Origin: Salpingoeca rosetta
Lineage: Eukaryota > Protista > Choanoflagellata
NCBI GenBank assembly: GCA_033442325.1
Contig: JAWQFM010000027.1
Span: forward strand, 129,844 to 193,843
Direction: 5' to 3'
DNA length: 64,000 nt
This document shows positions 13,461-26,215 of the stretch, one piece after another (the first letter of the stretch is position 1; each line of letters starts with the position of its first letter). A model generated the notes under the pieces. It worked only from the letters and a program-made list of their open reading frames with translations. It did no database searches and was not told where the DNA came from. The position numbers and the translations under genes were made by a program.

Positions 13461-15170
13461 TTAAGTTGTTGTTGTTTTTAAGTTGTTGTGGTTTAAGTTG
13501 TTGTTGTTGTCGTCGTCGTCACGTTTTGCGACCTCGCCTTGTGTCCAGTACAGTTTGGTGGACGTGTTGGTCCCTGGCACCACGCGTATGCTGTGTTTGA
13601 GCTTACGCCATGTCCTCACAACCACCACGCCCACCACCGCCGTGTCCCCCCCCCTGTAGATTCTGTACTGCACACTGAACACGCACAAGGTCGACATGAC
13701 GCGGCTGCTCGGCGGCCAGATTGGCTTGGACGACTTTCTGTTTGCACACGTCAAGGGCCAGAGCAAACCCGTCAAGGTCGTCAAGGACGGCCCCGCGCTC
13801 GGCCTCACCATCTCCGACAACGGCGCCGGCTACGCCTTTATCAAGAAGATCCGCGACGACAGCATCATGTCCCGCGTGAACGACGTCAACGTTGGCGACC
13901 ACATCTCCAACATCAACGGCACAGACCTCACCGGCTGCCGCCATTTTGAGGTTGCACGCATGCTCAAGGAGATCCCCATTGGCTCCGAGTTCACCCTGAC
14001 CGTTGTTGAGCCCAAGAAGGCGTTCGGTGAGTGTGTGTATGTGAGTGTGTTGGTTCGGGAGCGATTTGAACGTATTGGCGTTCATCACGGTTTATTCCGT
14101 GTTGTTGTTGGTGGCGGCGGCTCGATACGCGAGATGAAAGGCCTCTTGTTCCGCGTCTTGTTGTTTTTGGTTTGGTGTCACAGTCCCTGTTTGAGCTTTG
14201 TATGCCACACGTCTTGTCAGACACTCACCCATGGACACACATACACACACATACACACACATACACATACACAACCACACACACACACACACACACGAAC
14301 ACACACACACACACACACCACACCTCCTCATTCCCACTGTTGCAGATGAGGTTGCGGGCATGAAGCCCCGCGGGCAGGCCTCTGGCACTGGCGAGGTGAA
14401 GGCCGGCGCCGGCAAGAAGACGCTGCGCATGAAGCGCGATGGCAACGCCGTCGTCGAGGACGTGGTACGTAGCCGAGGGTGTTGTGGACTGTTGTGTGCA
14501 AGCGTTGGCAAGGTGTTTGGGAAGACGGTTCAGGGTGAAGAGGAAACGCGCACAGCAGTTATCGCAGCATGCCCGTGCCTTGCTCTGTTGGTGTGACGTG
14601 AGTGAAACACAGCCGCTTGCTCTCATGTTTGCCGTTTGCCATCACCATCTCACCTCGCCATACACACGCCACCACACACGTCTGTTGCTCCTTGCCACCT
14701 TCTCTTGTCCTCAACCACGTGTAGCCAACGGATGCTGTTGTTGAGGTTGTGAACAAGATTGATGATCTTCTTGAGAACTTTGTTGGCATTAAGGACCAGG
14801 AGCTGTCCACCACCATCTACGACCTTGCCAAGGCGTCCAAGGAGGCTGACCTCTTTGCTGGCCAGCTCGACGAGCAGCTTGCAGACTTTGAGTTCCCTGA
14901 CGACTTTGTCCTCGACGTACGTCTCTCTCCTGTTGACACTCACGCCACCCTCTTGCCTGTTTGTATGTGTGCGTTTTGTTTGTATGTGTGCTGTCTTCAT
15001 CGAGGCAAACCGAGACTGTGGTGTGCATGTGTTGTGTTGTGTGTTAGTGTTCGTGTGCAGTGATGCCTGTTGCTTGTCCTGTTGCCAATTGAGTTGCTCA
15101 CGTCACGCGCTGTGCTGTGTAAACCTGCGCTCACTCCTGCGTTTAGGTGTTCGAGATGGTCCACAAGTAA
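13130..15170 (+). CDS. GIPC: PDZ domain-containing protein GIPC (GH1-PDZ-GH2)
   Basis: [84 protein letters not shown] and [13 protein letters not shown] are hallmark GIPC sequences. Five exons. The 3' end could extend if AA|GTAAGC at ~15166 is a donor. Confidence 0.93.
13317..13510. repeat. (GTT)n repeat in GIPC intron 1
   Basis: Direct inspection. Confidence 0.95.
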
Positions 15171-16078
15171 GCAAGCACTCGGCTTGTCTGATGGTGCTGA
15201 CCTAACAACTACCCAACCGGTGGCCTTCCCCTTCTTCCTCTCCTCTTGCCCCTTTTCCTCTTCCTTGTGTTCCTCCCCCCAACGTCCCCAAATCACTTCT
15301 CCTCTTCCTCCCTCCTCCTCTCCCCCTTCCTGTTCGCCCTTCGCTCTCTTTGAATCGTATGTGTCGTAGTGCGGCGTGTGCGCATCATGTTGCTCGGTTG
15401 TTGGTCTTGTGTGCTGTGTGAGTTGTGACTAGCACCTTTCGTCCTGTGCGGAGTGCCGTCGTGCGTATGTGACATGATGTTTCTGAGCAATACAAGCACA
15501 AACAGACGCCGATGCAGTGTGCGTGTAGTGTGTGCGTGTGTGCGTGAGTGTGTTTGTACTGTTTGTTTTTCTGTGTGCGCGTGTTTGCGTAGGTGTGTGA
15601 GTGCGTGTGCGCCTGTCTCTATCCTCCTGCAACACTATCCCACAACACCCCCCAAATCCCACAACACCCCACAGCGCCAAATAGGCCAATGAGATGAGAG
15701 CAAAAATTGATTAATTTTCAAGTTTTTGTTTTGTTGGTGGTGTGGAGAGGAAAAACAAAAGAGCACCAGCCAGCAGCGGATACCAACAAAGCCCAAAGGC
15801 CCTGCCAGCTTCTTGTCAACAACATCCGCAACACCCACAACACACGAGGACTGTCGTTGAATACACAAGCACACTGTGTTTGGGGGGTTGCTCACTCTCT
15901 TGTCACCCACTCAAGCGACAGGCAGATAACCACGTTCTCTCACAACCTGTTGAGCTGCTATCGGGTTTTGTGGCACATCAGCCAGTGATTGTCCCGTTAC
16001 CATCATCCATCAATCACAACGCCGCCACAACAGCTGCCAGTGTTGTTGAGTGGGAAGTGACGTCCAACCTGGGACGCA

Positions 16079-18260
16079 ATGTCGACGACAAGCAGCAGCA
16101 GCAACAGCGCTGCCTCCTCTAATGGCAGCGATGGCGATGCGCTGTGGAAGGCGGAGTACGCCATCCACGCCAAGACACACAGCAGGCTGCCTTTGGAGAA
16201 AGACGGACGTGTCGGTGGCGCCGTCTGCCGGGCCATCTTCACCAAGAGCAAGCTGCCCAATGCCACCCTCGGTACCATCTGGTGCGTTCCCTGCCTGCGT
16301 GTGTGTGCATGTGGTGTGTGTAGTGTGTGTATTTTTTTGCGTGTCGGTGCGTGTGTGTATGTGTGTGTGTGTGTGCATGTGTGTAGTGTGTGTTTGTGTG
16401 TACATGCGTGTGTAGATGTGTGTGTGTGTGCATGCGTGCGTAGATGTGTGCGTGCATGTGTGTGTATGTGTGTGTACATGTGTGTAGTGTGTGTTTGTGT
16501 GTCCATGCGTAGCGTGTATGTATGTTTGTGTGCATATGCATGCGTGTAGTGTGCCTGCTCATGTATCTGTGTTCGCGCACGCTTGTGTGTCTGCGTGTCC
16601 GTCTCGGTGTCTGCCTCTGTTTTTGTGTCCCTCCATGTGCCAGTTGTCCGTTTCGTGTCCAATCGCACTGCTTTGCGCTTTCTCCGCCCTTGATTACGTG
16701 CCTACGTGCCTGTCTTGCTCGCAACATCGACCATGCCCACCCCACCCCTCTCACCACGCTCATTCTCGCCACCCTTTGCTCAGGTCGCTGGTGGATGTGG
16801 ACCATCGTGGCGGCTTGACCAAGGAGCAGTTCATTGCTGCCATGTTCCTCGTGACCGATTGCGTGAGTCTGTATGTGTGTGTGTGTGTGTTTGTGTGTGA
16901 GTCTGTATGTGTGTATGTGTGTGTTTGTGTGTATACGTGCGCGTGGTATGTGTCTGTGTGTGTGTATGCGCGCGCATGTGTGTCTGTACATGTGTGTGCA
17001 CACGCGCACCACTTCATGTTTTGTCATGATGCTGGTGGGTGATGCTTGATGCCATGCTTCGCGCGCGTGCAATTGGTTACTAAATCACTTGCCTCCCCTG
17101 ATCACGCACGCCGTGTTGTCGATACGCCTGCACCGATTTGAAACCGTCACAGATGCGGGGCAACAAAGTGCCGTCGACGCTCCCGCCAAACTTGCAGGCC
17201 CTCGTGACGGGAGCTGCAGCGCCGCCCGCCACCAACGGCACCAAGCACGACCATTCACACAGACAACAGCAACGGCAACAGCAACAACAGCAACACCAGT
17301 TACAGCAGCTACAGCAGCAGCAACAACAGCAACAACAGAAGCCTGCATTCCCCGACGTTCCTGAAGGGGTATGTGTCTGTGTGTACGTGTGTGCATGTGT
17401 ATGCGTGCCTGTTGCGTTCCCTCCGTGCTCTTCTTCAACACAACAAGCGAGACGCAAGCACACGCGCGCACTGATCAATACCCTTGCTCACACGCCAATC
17501 ACACACACACACACAATGCGCAGCTGAAGGCAAAGTACAGGCAGATGTTTGCCAAGCGCGACACGGACAAGGATGGCTTCCTCTCCTCAAGCACTGTCCA
17601 CAGCATCCTCAAGAAGGCCGCGGTGCGCTTTCTTTTGTTGCCTGTAAATGTGTGTGTGTGTGTGCATAGTTGTGTGTGTGTGTGTGTGTGGGGGGGGGGG
17701 GGGTTATGATGACTCCTTCTCTCGTCACCTGATTCCATTCCACCCTGTCTTTGTCCTGCCCTACAAACTCACAACGACCACCACGCCACCACCACCACCA
17801 CCACCACCACCATAACTGTGCCCCGACGTGTAAACAGCTGTCGCAGCCCGTGATGGCGCGCATCTGGGAGCTGAGCGACGTGTCACGCGATGGCAAGATG
17901 GACGTGGGCGAATTCATCGTCGCCATGCACCTGTGCACGGTTGCGCGCATGTCATCGCTGCCGCTGCCGGGTAAGCTGCCGCCAAACCTGATGGCGGTGG
18001 TGGAGATGGAGCGCCCGGGGCAGCACGCAGCAGACATTGTCCGCCTTGCCGAGGAAAAGGCAAGGGCACAGGCGCAGCAGCACCAGCACCAGCAGCAGCA
18101 ACAGCAGCAACAGCAGCAACAGCAGCAACAGCAAGTGGAGCAGGGAGTACCGCGACGGGATGAGGCAACAGCAGCATCACTGCCACCGCCATCGGCTGCA
18201 CCGACCATCCCAACCCGCCCCTCCGCGTCCGAGCTCGCAATGTGCCAGGACACCGACGAC

Positions 18261-18292
<32 letters not shown>

Positions 18293-20158
18293 GGAGGAGG
18301 AGCGCAATGCACGACGTGATGGTGGTGATGATGAGCATGGTCGTGGTGCCGCCGAAACGAACCAGCACGACGGCGTCTCTCATGAAGCCGCCGTGCCTGC
18401 AAGCAACACCGATGCTGCACAAGCTGCTGAACAGACACACGCAGCGCCATCGGAGAAGCGGCCGTCCGAGCAAGACGACACGTTTCCTGCCACGTCGCCC
18501 TACGCAGCCCCAAGCGTGCCTGCCCGGCCCGGGAGCAGAGATTCAAATTTGGCGGCACATCCGGCTCGCCTTCGCCGCCGTGCATCGTCAAGCGTCAGCT
18601 TCTCAGAGGACGTACGTGTGCGCGCGTGTGAGAGTGAGAGAATGAGAGAGTGTGCGTTCGTGCTTGCGTGTGCATGTGTGCGCGTGTGCATGTGTGCGTG
18701 TGTTTGCGTCTTGTTTGACGGGCATTGAATCATCCGCGCTCACCTCAGCTTTTGCTGTCAATCCACAACTCTTCAACCCACCACATCACATTACCAGGTT
18801 GAGGTTGCGTACACGTATGCGCAGGGCGAGTACGAGCGTGGGGAGGACGTGGACGTCGAGCGAAACTTCATCGAGTCGGAACTCGAGGTATTCATCATGA
18901 TGATGATGGTGATGGTGATGATGATGATGATGATGATTGCTTCGGCTGTGTTCTTCTCACCAACTCGTGCATGTGCACATGTGCGTGTGCGTATCTGTGT
19001 GTGTTCAGGCGCAGCAAGAAGAGCTGCAGAAGGAGCGGGAAGAGTTTGAGAAGAGAATGGCTGAGATCAGACAAGAGGTACGGGGCGCTGGTCAATGACG
19101 AATGTGTCAGTGTTGTTGTCATTGTGTCGCTGTGGCGAAGCTGTGCTGTATTGTCGCTGTTGTCGGTGATGTTGTGGTCGTCGTTCACTGCACATGGAGC
19201 AAGATGCCTTCATTCACACTGCACTACGTGCGCATGCGTGCGTATGTGTGCGTGCGTGTGTTAACAGGAGGAGGGACGACCACGCCGCGTGATTACGTTT
19301 TCGTTCACGGGCGAAGAGACGGCGACAGACGAATACTCCGAAGACGACGAGCAAGCCAGAAGGGAGGAAGAGGAAGAGAGGAGGAAGCAAGCAGCAGCAG
19401 CAGCAGCAGAGGAGGAGGAGGAGGAGGCCGAAAGGACGAGGCAGGCGGAACAGGAAGAGAGGCAGAGAAAGGCAAAGGAGGAAGCCGAAGAGGAAGAACG
19501 GGAGAGGAAGGAGGAGGAGGCAAGGAAGCAAGCTGAAGAGGAGGAGGCAGCCAAGAAGCAAGCTGAGGAGGAAGAGGCTGCCAAGAAGCAAGCTGAGCAA
19601 GAGGAAGAGAGGAAGAAGAAGGAAGAGGAGGAGGAGGCTGCCAAGAAGCGAGCTGCAGAGGAAGAGGCTGCAAGGAAGCAAGCTGAAGAAGAGGCAGCCA
19701 AGAAGCAAGCTGAGCAAGAGGAAGAGAGGAAGAAGAAGGAAGAGGAAGAGGCTGCAAGGAAGCAAGCTGAGGAGGAGGAACATGCAAGGAAGAGGAAAGA
19801 AGCTGAGGAGGAAGAAGCCAAGCAGCGTGCTGCTGCGATGGCCTCAGAGCCAACAACTCCCGTCAAGCCTCCCACCGCCACAGCCACCACCACCTCTGCA
19901 GTCACCCCAGCCACACCCGTGACACCAGCGGCTGCAACCTCCACAGAGACACCAACGGGCAGCGCGCTAAACACGCCCATCACGTTTACGCCGCTGTCGC
20001 CCATGTCAGCCATGTCTTCGCCACGTGTCTCTCTCGACTCTTCCGCCATGCAGGCGGACCTCCAGGTGCGTGTGTTTGCGTGTCTCGACTCTTCCGCCAT
20101 GCAGGCGGACCTCCAGGTGCGTGTGTTTGCGTGTGCCTGGGTGTGTGTACGTGTGTTG

Positions 20159-20220
<62 letters not shown>

Positions 20221-20307
20221 GTGATGATGAAGAAGATGATGATGCTGCCTTTGCGTTCACGTACGAGCACGTCGAAGTCGTTACTGACTCCTCATCTCCA
20301 CTCCACT

Positions 20308-20383
<76 letters not shown>

Positions 20384-23300
20384 ACCCCACCGTACCAAAC
20401 AACACCACCATGCTGTGCACCGCTTTGCAGGCGCGGCTTGCGAAGGAAGGCGAGGATCGGCAGCGCAAGTTGGAGGAAAAGCGGCGGCAGCGGGCGGAGA
20501 GGCGCAAGCAGCGTCAGAAGGAGCGAGAGAGCGCACAGAAGAAGCACGAGCAGACGCTGCAGGTAGGAGCATGGAAGTGGCAGTCGTTGTGGTAGTAGCA
20601 GCGGTAGTGGTGTCTGCATTGTTGCGTGCGCACGTGCATTTGCTCTGTGACAGCTATTCTTGAATCATCCTCCTCTCTCCTTTCTTTATTGCTCACTTGT
20701 ACAACCTTTATCCTTCCGTCATGTATACATTTCCTTCCCCCACCTTCTCCATCTACTCCACCTGCTCCCCCACCCCTTGCAGGCGATGACTGGCAAGTCT
20801 CGCCGCCACAGTGCGCCTGTGACGCCCGCGAAGACAGCGACCAGCACGGCCCCAGTCATCATCTCCCCAACGCCGTCTGCGCGCGCCAGTGTGGGCACGC
20901 TGGGGCGCTCCCCGCTCCGGCAGCCGCTTTGGGAACAGCCGGGCGAGACGCACAAACTGGCGGAGGAGGAGAAGGAGGAGCAGGAGCAGGCTACACAGCG
21001 CGAGGAGAAGCCAGCTGTCGAGCAGAAGCAGCCGCAACAGCAAGAGCAGCAAGAACAGCAAGAGCAGCAAGAACAGCAAGAACAGCAAGAGCAGCAAGAA
21101 CAGCAAGAACCACAACAGCAGAAGCAGCAAGGGCAGCGGGAGCAGGAAGAACCTGTTGCGGAGGTGAATAAGCAGGAAGAGCCTGTTGCGGAGGTGAATA
21201 CGCAGGAACAGCCGCCACTGTCGACACTGCCAGTTCCGCGCGCACATCGCAAGCAACAACAGCAACTGCAGCAGGAGAAGCCGCAGGAACAAGAGCAGCT
21301 GCAGCAGCAGCAGGAGAAAGACCAAGAGCAGCAGGGGCATGAAGCACAAACGGATGTTGAACACAAGCCGGAGGAAGAGGATAAGAAGGCGAACCAGCCC
21401 GAAGAAGAAGCAGAAGAAGAAGCCATGAAGCAGCATGAAGCCGGCGCGAAGGATGCATCCCGCCTCGCTCATCGCGAGCAGCAGGCAGCGACAGCACGTA
21501 GCGATACAGGAACTGCGGACGATTCGCTACTGGATGAGCAGCTGCAGTCGATTGCGGCCGAGGAGGCAGAGGTGGTGCGGTTTGAGGCAGAGGCAGCAGC
21601 GCGGCGCGAAGCCATCATGCGGGAACGTGAAGAGGAGCAACGCGCATACGAGGAAGCCCAGCGGCAGCGCGAGCGGGAGGAGGAGGAGAGGCGCATGAAG
21701 AGGGAGGAGGAACAGAAGGCAATGCTGCAGTCGTTTGTGGCCAAGCAGCGGCAGCAGGCACCGTCGCCACGGGCACCCGTCTCTGAGGACGAGCAGCGCA
21801 AGCGGGAGGAGATGAAGAAGAAGATGCAGGAGGACGTACAGCGGCGACGCAGCAGTCTCACGCGCACGGCGGCACTGCAGGAGGCACGCGTCGCTGCCAA
21901 GACAAGGGCAGCTCCACAGGTGAACGACCCAGAGCACAAGGAAGAGAAGGCGGTCGAGGAGCAGGAGACGAGGCCGACAGTGCAGCGTGAGCAACAGCAG
22001 CCGCAGCAGCAGCGGCAGCAACAGCACCAGCAGGAAGAGCGACGGGAGTTCTTGCCTGCAAGCACGAGTCCAGCCAAGGCAGCATCGCCTTTGCCAAGCA
22101 AGACAGCCGCTGCCGCCTCTTCGACCACCGCCACCTCCATGCCGCCTGCCTCGTCGTCGTCGTCATCATCATCGACACCAGCCAAGGTGGGCACCATCCC
22201 CCAGTGGAAGCTTGATCTGATGGCTCGCAAGGCGGCGCGGCGAAGGAGTCAGGAGCAGCTTGTGACACCACCACCACCACCGTCACAACAGCAACAGCCG
22301 TTGCAAGCGACCCGACATGCTGCTGCTGCCACAACACCAAGCACTGCTGCTAGTGTCGACTCTGGTGCTCCAAGCACGCAGTCACCGCCACAGCAGCAGC
22401 AACATCAGCAAGAGCAGCAGCAACATCAGCGTGACTGGCGGGACCAGCCTGAGGAGTGGGTTCCACCCAGCCTTCGATGTATGTCATAAATGATGTTACC
22501 ACTGATTGGCTGTTTGCTTGGCTTGTCTGTTCCATGATTGCCGTGGTGTGCGTGTGTGTGCGCGCGCGCGTGTGTGTGTGCTTGTACTTTGTCTTTTGCT
22601 GTTTGTGTGTTTTCACACACACACACACACACACACGCACACACACGCACGCACACACACAACCCTATCTGCTGCAGTCATGCATGAACAGCAGAAGAGG
22701 CAGCAGGAGGAAGAAGAGCAACGCCAGCGCGAGCATGAACAGCGCGAACGTGAACAGCAGCAGGCACGTGAAACAGCCGCCACATCCCCTCCACAGGGCC
22801 ACCACCAAGCAGCAGCAACAGCAACACAACAGCAGCCACAACAGCAGCCACAGCAGCAGCAGCCGCAGACGTCGCTGCGTGGTGTGCGGGGCCCGAGCGT
22901 GCGTCGACCAGCGGGGATTGTTGGGGCAACCGGGCCTGTTGTCCCCTCTGCAATGCCCAATGTGCCCAAGGAACAGCTCGTGCAGCAGGCTGAGGAGCGC
23001 GCAGCCGCACTCGAGAGGGTACGTGCGGGTGGACTTGAAGGCCTGGTGTGTGTATGTTGTGTGTGTATGTTGTGTGTGTGTGTTGTGTGTGTGTGTGTGT
23101 ATGTATGTGTGTGTGTGTATGTGTGCGCGTGCACCGCTCGCTTTCCACCTCGCACCCCTCCCCTCACGCTTCTTCCATTGTTATCACCACCACTCACCAC
23201 CACCACAGGAGCGGCAGGCTGCAGAGTCGGCAGAGGCGCAGATGCGGTCTGGTGGGCTCGGGCTGCGGGCACGCATGGCCATGTTTGGTGGAGCGTCAAC

Positions 23301-23437
23301 TGCACCCACATGGAACCAGGAGCCACGCACACTCGCCTCCAAATCGCCTCGCAGGCTGTCATCCTCATCCGCCTCTTCCGCCACAGCACCCGCCACACAC
23401 CAACACCAGCAACAGCAGCCGGCGACAACAACACGAA

Positions 23438-23476
<39 letters not shown>

Positions 23477-24486
23477 GGCGGCGTCCATCATTCACTGCTG
23501 CTCCCCCTCCTGCTGCTGCATCATCAACATCACAGTCCCGACGAACGAGCACAGATGCGTCTGCCCCAAGCGTCGGTGGCGTCGGCGGCGGCGGCGGTGG
23601 TGTTGTTGCTCGGTGGGCAGCTGCCATGCGGCGGCGCAGTGGTGACATCCCCGTTGAGGATGCCAAGCCTCCACAGCATCAACACACCCAGCACCAGCAG
23701 CAGCGTATGCCATCGTCGCCGCCGTCGTCGTCGTCAGCGTTGACATCGACAGCCCCGCACGGTGCACCGCAGCCGGCGACCGTGTCACCCACCGGCCGCT
23801 TCAGCCGGGGTGGCAGCCTCAACGCCGTCCCACCAACCACACAGCCACCACCTTCATCAGCACCACAGCAGCAGCAGCAGGGGCAGCAGGGGCAGCAGCA
23901 GCAAAGGGAGGAGGAGGAGGCAACAGCTTCGAGTGGTAGTAGCGGGACCCGGTTCCGCGGTGTGATGGATCGCATGAAGATATTTGGTGGTGGCAGCGAC
24001 AGTGCCGTTGTCAACAAACCACGACGCAGGCTGCAGCGCACCCCTTCATCATCAGGCACAACAGCTTCAATACCAACGACAACAGCAGGAACAGCAACGT
24101 CGTCCTCGCCTCGTGTTGGTGGTGGCCCAGCGCGCACGCCCGCTGCCTCCACAACAACAGCGGCACCCGCACCATCGGACACTGCGTCGCATGTGCCGTC
24201 ATCATCCCCTGGGCAGACTGGTGGCGGTGTGCTCGGGCTGGCAGCGCGGTTTGGCGGCGTGTCCACCACATCGTCAGCAGCATCGTCGGTGCCAGGCAGT
24301 GGGCGGTCGTCACGCCAGGTGTCGCGCAAACCAAGCTTCACAGCTGCCGTGTCCTCCGCACAGTTCCGGCAGCACCAGCAGGGACCGAGGAAGGACGATA
24401 GTGGTGATGATGGGGATACGCGCCCGGCGTGGATGAAGAAGCGATCTGGCAGTGGTGCAAGATTCAGCACCATCTACAAGCGGTAG
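16079..24486 (+). CDS. Large (~1,900 aa) scaffold: two EH domains, PP1-docking-like module, long charged coiled coil, low-complexity C-terminus
   Basis: Twelve exons join in frame: 16079-16281, 16784-16862, 17153-17368, 17524-17622, 17838-18611, 18798-18887, 19009-19077, 19268-20065, 20431-20562, 20783-22478, 22678-23018, 23209-24486. EH1: FTKSKLPNATLGTIW|SLVDVDHRGGLTKEQFIAAMFLV. EH2: LSQPVMARIWELSDVSRDGKMDVGEFIVAMHL..LPGKLPPNL. Confidence 0.8.
19500..19825 (+). repeat. Coding tandem repeat (EEEEAAKKQA-type units)
   Basis: Repeated AAGCAAGCTGAG/GAGGAAGAG blocks encoding a charged helix. Confidence 0.85.
20033..20134 (+). repeat. Perfect 51-bp tandem duplication spanning a splice donor
   Basis: ctcgactcttccgccatgcaggcggacctccag|gtgcgtgtgtttgcgtgt occurs twice. 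Confidence 0.95.
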
Positions 24487-24589
24487 CCACGCCAACATGC
24501 TCCTCGTCCTGCACGCTCGTGTGATGTGGTTGTGTGTGATTGTGCGTGTGTGATTGTGCGTGTGATTGTGTGATTGTGTGATTGTGTGC

Positions 24590-24699
<110 letters not shown>

Positions 24700-25374
24700 A
24701 GGGGGGATTACACTTTCCGTCATATTGTGTATCATGAGCAGACCTGTAGTGATGGATGCCTTGATTTGCTGTGCTACCATGCACTGGTGCTTGGTTTCAT
24801 TCTCAAGTGCGGGTGGTTTTGGTTTTTTGTTCTGTTTGGTGCGTTCATTGTGCTTGTGGATGTGGATGGTGTTACATCTCGCCTTTGTGTGCCGTATGGT
24901 CTTCTTGTATCCCTGTGCGAATGTCTCCTCGCTTTGCTTGCGTGTCTGTTTTTACAGTTGACGACACATCATGAACAAAGCGACTCAACGCCAATCTTGA
25001 CGCGCTTGCACAACGAGGACGAGCTAAGCAGCTAAAGGGGGGGCGGGGTGAGGGAGAAGATGGCTGAAGGTGTGTGTGTAGGGGGGGGGGCAAGTGCGGC
25101 AGTGACACGCAAACAGGCGCATGACGCAGAGTATCGACAGCACCAGCAGCAGAATCGTATGAACAGGGGATAAGAAACCATCAGCACAAAGCAAAGGCAA
25201 GAGCAGCCAAAGCAAGAGGGGTTTCAGCTAGCTAATCACACTGACAGGAGAGACAGCACGCGAAGGAAGAAGGGACAAGGGAAAGCAAGCAAGGTACTGG
25301 CTGCGACACACACAAGTGCACAGCTGCTCGCACGCAAACGTGAACACGTGCACATGCGTACGTGTGCGCGGACG

Positions 25375-26165
25375 CTACTTTTTCTTCTTCTTCTTCCCGC
25401 CCTTTTTCTTCTTCCCACCCTTCTTCGCTAATTTCCCCGCAGCTGAAATTGCCTCATACAGTTCACTCCGCATTCGATGCCCGACTTTGATCGTCACAGT
25501 GGGCAGCCCTGGGGTGCGCCGTGGTGTTGTGTGTATGTGTGTGTTGTGTGTGTTGTGTGTGTAAGTGTATTGTGTGAGCGGAAATGGGAAGCAACAGGAA
25601 GCACAGCGGTTCAGCCGCATCAACAACAAATACACACACACATATACACACACGTATACACACGTACACACAAACACACACGTACACAAGTACACTCGTA
25701 CATACATACATACATACGCGCACACACACGTACGCACACCCGCGCAACCCCCTCCCCCCTCGCACCCCCACGTTTTTATACAGCAGTGAGGCAGCGCACC
25801 TTTCTCCTTGCGCTGCTTGAGCGCGTCCAGGATCATCTGTCCGTATGTGTCGCCGATGGTGTTGAAAGAGAGGTTGAGAGTCTTGAGTGTTGAGTTTTGC
25901 AAAATGTTCTCGCACATGCCCGAAATGCCTGCATGCATATCCTCTTCACTGCACTCTGCAACATCGATGCCATTCTCCTGCAGTGACAGCTGGAGGGATA
26001 GCATGTGCGGGGTTGTGGTTGTGGGCGTGTTTGCGTGTTGGGGGGGGGGTGAGACATGCAATGAAGTGTTCTGAGGCGCCAACAGAACCACGGCCACTCG
26101 GCACTCCCAGCAACACAGACACAGACACAGACACAGACACAGACACAGACACACACACAGACACA

Positions 26166-26215
<50 letters not shown>

